This document shows, piece after piece, positions 9,045-14,752 of a stretch of 27,690 nucleotides of DNA. The notes beneath the pieces are model-generated. The model worked only from the letters and a program-made list of their open reading frames with translations. It was not told the DNA's origin and made no database searches. Every line of letters starts with the position of its first letter. Position 1 is the stretch's first letter. The position numbers and the translations under genes are program-made. The DNA comes from Pyrinomonadaceae bacterium (GTDB taxonomy: Bacteria; Acidobacteriota; Blastocatellia; Pyrinomonadales; Pyrinomonadaceae): positions 1 to 27,690 of the forward strand of contig DASPJG010000542.1 in NCBI GenBank assembly GCA_035628755.1, read 5' to 3'.

Positions 9045-10188
9045 CGTATAAGTAGAGAGCGTTGCACTTACTGCAAATGGGCAGCGGCCCCTCGCGACGC
9101 AACTCTCTGAATCTCGCGTACTCGGGAGAGTTCCAAACGTCCATGACGCTGCTGTCGTTTAAGTTGCCGAGGGTCAAATCAGGATAGAGCGCGCAGGGCG
9201 TGACCGCACCGTCAGGAGTGACATCCATGCGTAGCCATTGCTTATAGCAGAACGTGTTACCCGGCGGCACCTGCGGCGTATCCACATAGGTGTGAATATC
9301 TTCCGGTTCTTTGAGATAACAGGAAACCGGAATCGGCCATTTCTCGCCCTTGATTCTTTCGTACTGGCGTATAAATTCTTCTTGATCGAGGTCGTAAGGG
9401 AGGAGGTATCCCAAATGTGACGTGGGAGTAATCGCAAAATGCTTCTGCATGTAATCTTCGTATTCCCGGGCTTGTTCCTCCGAAACGAACCAGCATAGAT
9501 TTAGTAGAATCCAATCCACGTCCAGCTTGATCATCTCGCGGCAGAACTCATACATGACGCCCACGTTTTCGGGTCTGATCGTGAACTGGATGCCAATATA
9601 CGGAGGCTTCTTGAGCGACTTGAGCAGCTTAATGTTTCTTACGACCCGTTCATAGACGCCTTTACCCCTGAGTTGATCGTTCTCTTTTTTGAGTCCATCC
9701 AGAGACACCAAATAAGTCAGGTAAGGATTGTCGGCGCTGACATCTTTAAAGCGATGCAAGAGAGTGCCGTTGGTGCAGGTAACTGCGAAACAGCGTCTCT
9801 CTCTAAGTGTCTCGGCCAGTCTCTTGAAATTCGAGTAGAGCAAAGGCTCGCCGCCGATGAGAATGAAAGAGGGATGTTGTTTACCTAACTGGGAGAAGAG
9901 ATTCTCGACCACGTTCCAAGAGAGTTCCTCCGTTATCGCTTCGGGCACTTCTTGTTTGCACCAACCCGCGTCTCCCCACTCGTAGCACATCGTGCATCTC
10001 AGGTCGCACTTGTACGTGAGGGTTAACTTATAAACCAGAGGTGCAGGCACCTGATCATCCTTCCCGACGTTCTCTTCGAGCCATTGATAACGGGAAAAGA
10101 ACTTCAGTTTATTGACGATCAAATGTTCGACGTACCGGGGATGCCTCCACGCCAGTTTAGTGAGACCGCTGATTGAGGGAATCGTCAT
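9022..10188 (-). CDS. Radical SAM enzyme with short 4-Cys SPASM/twitch domain
   Basis: CDLRCTMC (CxxxCxxC), GGEPLL, TNGT, VSLDG, and C-terminal CYKQW...DGAVTPC...LGNL...WNS...CSKC. RBS GAGAGGA upstream. Confidence 0.92.
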   Translation of the reverse strand: MTIPSISGLTKLAWRHPRYVEHLIVNKLKFFSRYQWLEENVGKDDQVPAPLVYKLTLTYKCDLRCTMCYEWGDAGWCKQEVPEAITEELSWNVVENLFSQLGKQHPSFILIGGEPLLYSNFKRLAETLRERRCFAVTCTNGTLLHRFKDVSADNPYLTYLVSLDGLKKENDQLRGKGVYERVVRNIKLLKSLKKPPYIGIQFTIRPENVGVMYEFCREMIKLDVDWILLNLCWFVSEEQAREYEDYMQKHFAITPTSHLGYLLPYDLDQEEFIRQYERIKGEKWPIPVSCYLKEPEDIHTYVDTPQVPPGNTFCYKQWLRMDVTPDGAVTPCALYPDLTLGNLNDSSVMDVWNSPEYARFRELRREGPLPICSKCNALYLYDAKRKIL

Positions 10189-10373
10189 AAAAGTCCTCTC
10201 TGCTGATTGCGGGCGGCGTCAACCTGTCTGATGCATGTGGATGGCCTTACCAGACAGAACTCTTTGCTGTTTTCCATTGTCGGCAAGGTAAAGATTTTCC
10301 CGCGTCGGTAAAGAAGATGTTGGATTACCGCTGCATCCGCGCAATGAGTAACCGGAAAAAATATCGCCTTCGG

Positions 10374-11561
10374 CTAAGTCTTTGACTCGTCGAGTTCGTA
10401 GAGGTCGCAACATCTGCTGCAAGAAGGAAAGAGACCATCCTCGCTTAACGACTTCCTGAACTTTCTCATTCCAGAGTCGTTCCATATCTCCGTGAACTTC
10501 TGCTCTCTGACGTTCCCCATCTTGGCCTCTGGAAACCAGGGACAACCGACCACGTCGCCGTTCGGCATCACGACGGCGCGTTTCCAGGGCACGTGACATA
10601 TCTTCTCTCCGAAAACCGACTCCGGGGATTTGAAGTACAAGTCATAATCAAATCCTGTCACCTCATGCTTCGGGTATCTTTTGAACTTAAAAGTCCAGGC
10701 TTTCTCCCTAACTAACTTTTCCTGCTTCGCTAAGGACTGCGAATTTATCGCGGACACATCCCGAAGAAATCCATTCCAGAGCTTGGGCGTGACCCCGAAG
10801 GTCTCCGCAAACCTTGCTTTTGTTCTCTCTAATAATTCCGGGGTCGTGAACATTCCCAATTGAATCTTAAAATAATCAACTTCTAACCCATCCACGACCT
10901 CCGCGGTTTCCAGAATGTAATCGCTGTTCTCAATGGTTACGGTGGTGCACACTTCAATAATGGGGAAGGCACTTTTCAGCTTTTTCTTTGCGCTAACCAG
11001 AAGGTTTATTCCGCGTATGATCCGATTATAGACATCATTTCCTTTGCGAATTTGATTGTTGATTCTCTCCGGCCCATCGAGGCTGGCGATGTAGTAGTCC
11101 AGCCCTGACTTGACGAGAGAGTCCGCTAGTTCTTCGGTCAACAGCGTCGTGTTGCTGTTTAATGCGGTCAATAAATTTCGGTCGGAAGCGAACTCGATTA
11201 TTCTTGGAATATCTTTTCGGAGCAGTGGCTCGCCCCCGAAAAAGTATAGATAGGGTTTCCAACCACTTATCTCTTCAATCAGGTTTTCCCACTGCTCTGT
11301 CGCCATCTCGTCTTTTAAGACTTTACTCTCAACCTCCTTATAACTTCCCTGATCTCCCCATTCCCAGCACTGAACACATCGAAGGTTACACATATTGTTA
11401 ATCTGTATGGTCATCAAAGGAGGTAACGACGAAGCAAAATGTTCTTGCCGGAATCCCTTCGCGGAAGAGAATTTTGTGGTGTATGCCATCTTTAAAAGAG
11501 ACCCTATTTTATAGGGCTCACGTAAGAGGTAATGCCTGAGTCTCTCAAATTCTTTTTGCAT
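10374..11561 (-). CDS. Radical SAM enzyme with short SPASM/twitch domain (paralogue-like to 9022-10188)
   Basis: CNLRCVQC, FGGEPLL, NSNT, ASLDG, and C-terminal CHVPW...NGDVVGC...MGNV...IWN...CSRCC. Confidence 0.92.
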   Translation of the reverse strand: MQKEFERLRHYLLREPYKIGSLLKMAYTTKFSSAKGFRQEHFASSLPPLMTIQINNMCNLRCVQCWEWGDQGSYKEVESKVLKDEMATEQWENLIEEISGWKPYLYFFGGEPLLRKDIPRIIEFASDRNLLTALNSNTTLLTEELADSLVKSGLDYYIASLDGPERINNQIRKGNDVYNRIIRGINLLVSAKKKLKSAFPIIEVCTTVTIENSDYILETAEVVDGLEVDYFKIQLGMFTTPELLERTKARFAETFGVTPKLWNGFLRDVSAINSQSLAKQEKLVREKAWTFKFKRYPKHEVTGFDYDLYFKSPESVFGEKICHVPWKRAVVMPNGDVVGCPWFPEAKMGNVREQKFTEIWNDSGMRKFRKSLSEDGLFPSCSRCCDLYELDESKT

Positions 11562-11769
11562 GGCGCGCCTTCTTCCGGGAATTTTTCACCCTGTTGGCAT
11601 CCGCAAACAATGACCGGAACACAGGCACAGCTACGGATGAAAATGGTTTTAGGCTATGGAATGTTTCTCGGAAGGGGTTCATGCTTAAGGTTCCCCGCAG
11701 GAATCCGGTTAAAGTGTGAAGAGTCGGTAGTCGCCCGTAATCGCTCGTGATCGATTGTAAGTAACCGGA

Positions 11770-11798
11770 GGTATACTCCTTAGCAGGCACTCCGTCAA
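11770..11798 (-). promoter_or_regulatory. Candidate sigma70-type promoter for the radical SAM cassette, overlapping a short palindrome
   Basis: Minus strand reads TTGACG-N17-TATACC, about 200 nt upstream of the ATG at 11561. The -10 box lacks the last T. It overlaps the palindrome GGAG-GTATA-CTCC (11767-11779). Confidence 0.3.
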
Positions 11799-11894
11799 TG
11801 TTTATTCATCGCGGAGAGCGACTAAATCAGGCACGAAACGGAATCAATCAAGTGTGTCGGATAGTGCGGATGCTGCTGCTTGCGCAGTTGCCGC

Positions 11895-11909
11895 GGCAGT
11901 GTTGCGAAA
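11895..11909. repeat. IS6-family terminal inverted repeat (right end)
   Basis: GGCAGTGTTGCGAAA resembles the IS26 terminal repeat GGCACTGTTGCAAA and lies about 40 nt beyond the transposase remnant's 3' end. Confidence 0.7.
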
Positions 11910-12385
11910 ATTATTTCAGAGCGCAGAGTGTTACCGGCGGCTCTTTCTCAGGCGGCGATCTGAAAGGGCGAAGCGACGAACTTCGTCTGCCCTCGCGCGT
12001 CATTCCCGGCTAATCTTTTAACTTGGCCTTACCTCATCATGTTCACCGCTTCAATGCCTTCCAGTGTTCGTTCCGCCGCGTGAAAACTCTTGAAGCATTG
12101 TGAGGCGCGCACCTCTTTTTTGATGAAGCGGTGATCCTGTTCGATAATATTGTTGAGGTATTTCACACGCCTCAAATGACAATCCGAAGGTAGTGTCTGG
12201 TCAATTTGCGATGTGGTAAACGCCTCCGGATAAGCGGCATTCTTATCTACAGAGATGGAGAACGGGAGTCTGCAATGCTCGGCTCTCATCATCTTCTTAA
12301 AGAATCGTTTTGCTGCGGAAGCGTCGCGTTTCGCACTGAGCATGAACTCGATGGTTTGTCCTTTGAGGTCGAGGCAGTGAACCAC
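11895..12385 (-). mobile_element. IS6-family insertion sequence remnant (3' half of DDE transposase, 5' end lost, premature stop)
   Basis: GQTIEFMLSAKRDASAAKRFF, VDKNAAYP, KYLNNIIEQDHRFIKK, FKSF...TLEGIEAVNMMR*GQVKRL...FQIAA*. The TAA at 12029-12031 replaces the expected Lys and the original stop is at 11948-11950. The N-terminal WRVDETY region is absent or eroded. Confidence 0.9.
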
Positions 12386-12409
12386 TAAGCCGCGGTGATA
12401 TAGGCGGTG

Positions 12410-12700
12410 CCCCGATGTAGGCCGGAACGTCGCGCCACGCGAGTCTGCCCTGCGAAGCGTTGGCGCGTTACTGCCAAGCAGGAGAGTGCCCGTGCCGCCC
12501 GGCAATGGGCTCGCAGCATCGCACTACATCGAGGGAGGTGCATCGCGGCAGTTGCACTGGCGCGGAAACTGTCGGGCATCCTTTACGCGATGTGGCTGAC
12601 GGGACTTCATTCAGGGGCGAGCAGCGCGCGCGCGAACGAGGCACTTCCTGCGCGGGAACCAGCAGGGGTTCTGTGTAAGACACAGTCAGAAAGTGAATAG
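12410..12700 (+). mobile_element. IS110-family transposase C-terminal remnant (frameshifted, 5' part lost)
   Basis: WRV...RQWARSIALHRGRCIAAVALARKLSGILYAMW matches the typical IS110 C-terminus (RRGxxxAxVAxARKLxxILYAMW). Upstream AG...EA-like residues lie in another frame. Confidence 0.75.
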
Positions 12701-12927
12701 GCGGAGCATCAAAAGTAAGCGCCGCAGCGGGTGCGAATCCAGACGCCTTCCCCGTAGTCGTAGCTTCAACGAGTTGGATTATTATTGGCGACGTGTCACA
12801 TAATTGCCCCATTTCGCCCTACCGTAATAGGACAAACGGGCAAATATCCGCTCTGTGGTGAACTCGCCTCACGGGTTCAGCCATGTAAATCTCTATGCAA
12901 AACAAACTTTTTGATCACTGAGTAACC

Positions 12928-12943
12928 TGGCACGGGCGTTGCA
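12928..12943 (+). promoter_or_regulatory. sigma54 (-24/-12) promoter of the pilin-chaperone-usher operon
   Basis: TGGCACGGGCGTTGCA is essentially the consensus TGGCACG-N4-TTGCW (GG 12929-12930, GC 12941-12942). It is intergenic and on the same strand as the operon starting at 13162. Confidence 0.85.
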
Positions 12944-13161
12944 ATCAACAATACTGGTGGGCTTGTTGCCCATCTCGAAGTCGGTTCAATCCTACCTGTT
13001 CTATTCCGACGATGAAGTTCAGCGGTAAGGATACTTCGCAACAGGTTATAAGTTGTGGAAGCCGGATGTCGGTGCGTCATTCCGTCCTCGGCGATCATGC
13101 AGCTGATCCTACCCCCCGAATCTCACCAACACTATCTACTCAGTAAGGAGAAACCATTAAA

Positions 13162-13764
13162 ATGAATTTCCAGACTCCGGCTCGCTTTCTCGTTATTCTC
13201 GCGGCAATCCTCGTCTCGGCCGGTCAGGCATGGGCGCAGGGTACCTGCTCCAATTGTTCGACGGTCGGCTCTAACCTCACCCTCTCGGCGACGGCCGAAA
13301 CGGCGGTGACGTTGACGATTGCCACCGGTTCCGGCGGCGCATCCGTGATGGACGACGGATCGGGAGCCTTCAGCGTCTCTTTCGGCAACGTCAATGGCCT
13401 CGGAATCGGCACTACCAGCGCTGGCGTGAACGTCAGCACATCGGGGAGCGGCGCAACCTACACGACGCCGATCACCGTCACGCCTACCTTCTCGGGATTT
13501 ACCGGAACCACGGCAACCGTCAAGGTCTATCAGGATTCCGGTACATCCTCCGATAGCCAGACGGCAGCGCGAGAAGGTAGCTCGGCGGTCAACGCCGTCT
13601 CTGTTCCCTCGGTGGCAGGCTCGGCGAACACAGTCAGCGCCTCGGCCGCCAGCGATTCAGGCATTACACGTCATGTCGGCGTCTTTGTCAGCAATGCCAA
13701 CGGCGGCGGCAAGGTGGTTGGCTCGCTCGCTCCGAAATTCATCTACACCGTCACAGTCAACTAA
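13162..13764 (+). CDS. Secreted pilin/fimbrial-subunit-like protein (Ser/Thr-rich, beta-rich)
   Basis: RBS AAGGAG at 13145-13150. Sec signal peptide ending in AWA|Q, N-terminal alternating strand NLTLSATAETAVTLTI, C-terminal strand FIYTVTVN. 56 of 175 mature residues are Ser/Thr (hand count). First gene of a chaperone/usher-like operon. Confidence 0.7.
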   Translation: MNFQTPARFLVILAAILVSAGQAWAQGTCSNCSTVGSNLTLSATAETAVTLTIATGSGGASVMDDGSGAFSVSFGNVNGLGIGTTSAGVNVSTSGSGATYTTPITVTPTFSGFTGTTATVKVYQDSGTSSDSQTAAREGSSAVNAVSVPSVAGSANTVSASAASDSGITRHVGVFVSNANGGGKVVGSLAPKFIYTVTVN

Positions 13765-13768
13765 AGCC

Positions 13769-13804
13769 GTGCCGGGAGGGGGCCCCTCACCTCCCTCCCG
13801 GCAC
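13769..13804 (+). other. Strong GC-rich intergenic stem-loop without U-tract (mRNA stabiliser or attenuator candidate)
   Basis: GTGCCGGGAGGG (13769-13780) pairs perfectly with CCCTCCCGGCAC (13793-13804). It starts 4 nt after the pilin stop and no poly-T follows. Confidence 0.7.
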
Positions 13805-13849
13805 TCACACTCAACCGAACACCCCTCGATAACGACCGTAAGAATCCAC

Positions 13850-14689
13850 ATGATCACCCGGCAAAGACTCCTGAACCTGCTCGCCCTGCTCTGCCTGGCG
13901 CTCATCATCGTCCACGGCGGGGCGCGTGCATCTGCACAATCACTCGGCATCTCGCCAGCCTTCGTAGATGCGAAGGTCAAGAGCGGCGCAACCTACATCA
14001 AGGACTACACGATCACGAATAATTCCGGTGTGCGATTGCGCGTCCGTTGCTCCACAGGCGACTACTGGTACGACGAGCAGACGAACGCCCGCGTAGACGG
14101 TAGACCCGGCACGTTCCCACATTCTGCTTCTTCATGGGTGCAGTTCTCGCCGGCCGAGCTTATCGTCGAACCGCACGGCGCAGCCGTGATGAAGGCTGTC
14201 ATCAGCGTCCCGCAGGCGGCGAGCGGAGGCTTCTATACTCTCCCGATCTTCGACATACAGGCGGCCGACAGTTCCGGCGGAGCGACCCGTGAAGGTACGG
14301 CATCGGCTTCCATGTCCGTAAACTTTCGCGGCCTTTTGATGCTCAGCACAATCGGCAACTCCGAATACAACGTCGAGATCATGAGTGGCCATGTTGCATC
14401 GCCAACCCCCGCCGCGCCGCTCAAGATTTTGCTCAACGTGCGCAACCGCAGCACGGCGCATGTGAACCTGCGCGGGCAGTTCGCTGTCCTGAACGCGACG
14501 GGCGGCTTTGCCGGTCGCGGCAAAATTGACGAGCAGCGATTCATGCCGGGGCAACGCAACGAACTCGGAGCCGCATGGGCTAATGATCTTGCGCCGGGTC
14601 GCTATACCGCCATCGTGACGCTGACATACGAACGCGCGGGGTTGGAACCCGCCTCACTGGCCTATGAAATGACTTTCGAGGTCAAGTAG
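13850..14689 (+). CDS. Periplasmic two-Ig-domain pilus chaperone-like protein (PapD/EcpB-like or DUF916/DUF3324-like)
   Basis: Signal peptide MITRQRLLNLLALLCLALIIVHGGARASA|Q. Domain 1 has ISPA..., TITNNS, SASSWVQFSPAELIVEP, ISVP...SGGFY. Domain 2 has VRNRSTAHVNLRG, MPGQR, LAPGRYTAIVTLTY. Start trimmed from 13673 to the ATG at 13850. Confidence 0.7.
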   Translation: MITRQRLLNLLALLCLALIIVHGGARASAQSLGISPAFVDAKVKSGATYIKDYTITNNSGVRLRVRCSTGDYWYDEQTNARVDGRPGTFPHSASSWVQFSPAELIVEPHGAAVMKAVISVPQAASGGFYTLPIFDIQAADSSGGATREGTASASMSVNFRGLLMLSTIGNSEYNVEIMSGHVASPTPAAPLKILLNVRNRSTAHVNLRGQFAVLNATGGFAGRGKIDEQRFMPGQRNELGAAWANDLAPGRYTAIVTLTYERAGLEPASLAYEMTFEVK

Positions 14690-14752
14690 GGTGAGGGGGA
14701 GACGTACAGTTCGCCTGTTGACGCACGCGCTCCAATCTCATTGCGTCCGTCC

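Noticed and set aside
10185-10277. 30-aa ORF (MENSKEFCLVRPSTCIRQVDAARNQQRGLL) between the two radical SAM genes as a RiPP precursor
   Set aside because: No RBS and no leader/core pattern. The enzymes lack an RRE and have twitch-type domains, with glycan-type neighbours.
9022-11561. Radical SAM pair as membrane-spanning or tetraether lipid synthases (Mss/Tes/Grs-like)
   Set aside because: No B12-binding domain and nothing in the visible motifs supports these families over generic twitch enzymes. It would need an HMM search.
11545-11790. 81-aa ORF upstream of the radical SAM cassette as a precursor or leader peptide
   Set aside because: No recognisable features, no RBS, and it begins inside the candidate promoter.
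12877-13098. 73-aa antisense ORF over the pilin promoter and leader
   Set aside because: No motif or RBS, and it overlaps a consensus sigma54 promoter on the other strand.
12836-13161. c-di-GMP-I or -II riboswitch upstream of the pilin
   Set aside because: GGGCAAA lies upstream of the promoter and lacks the GAAA-tetraloop stem and GACGCAAAGC element. The GAAG...GCAAC segment lacks the pseudoknot pairing.
13673-13849. N-terminal extension of the chaperone ORF
   Set aside because: Overlaps the pilin 3' end and the hairpin. The signal peptide starts at 13850.
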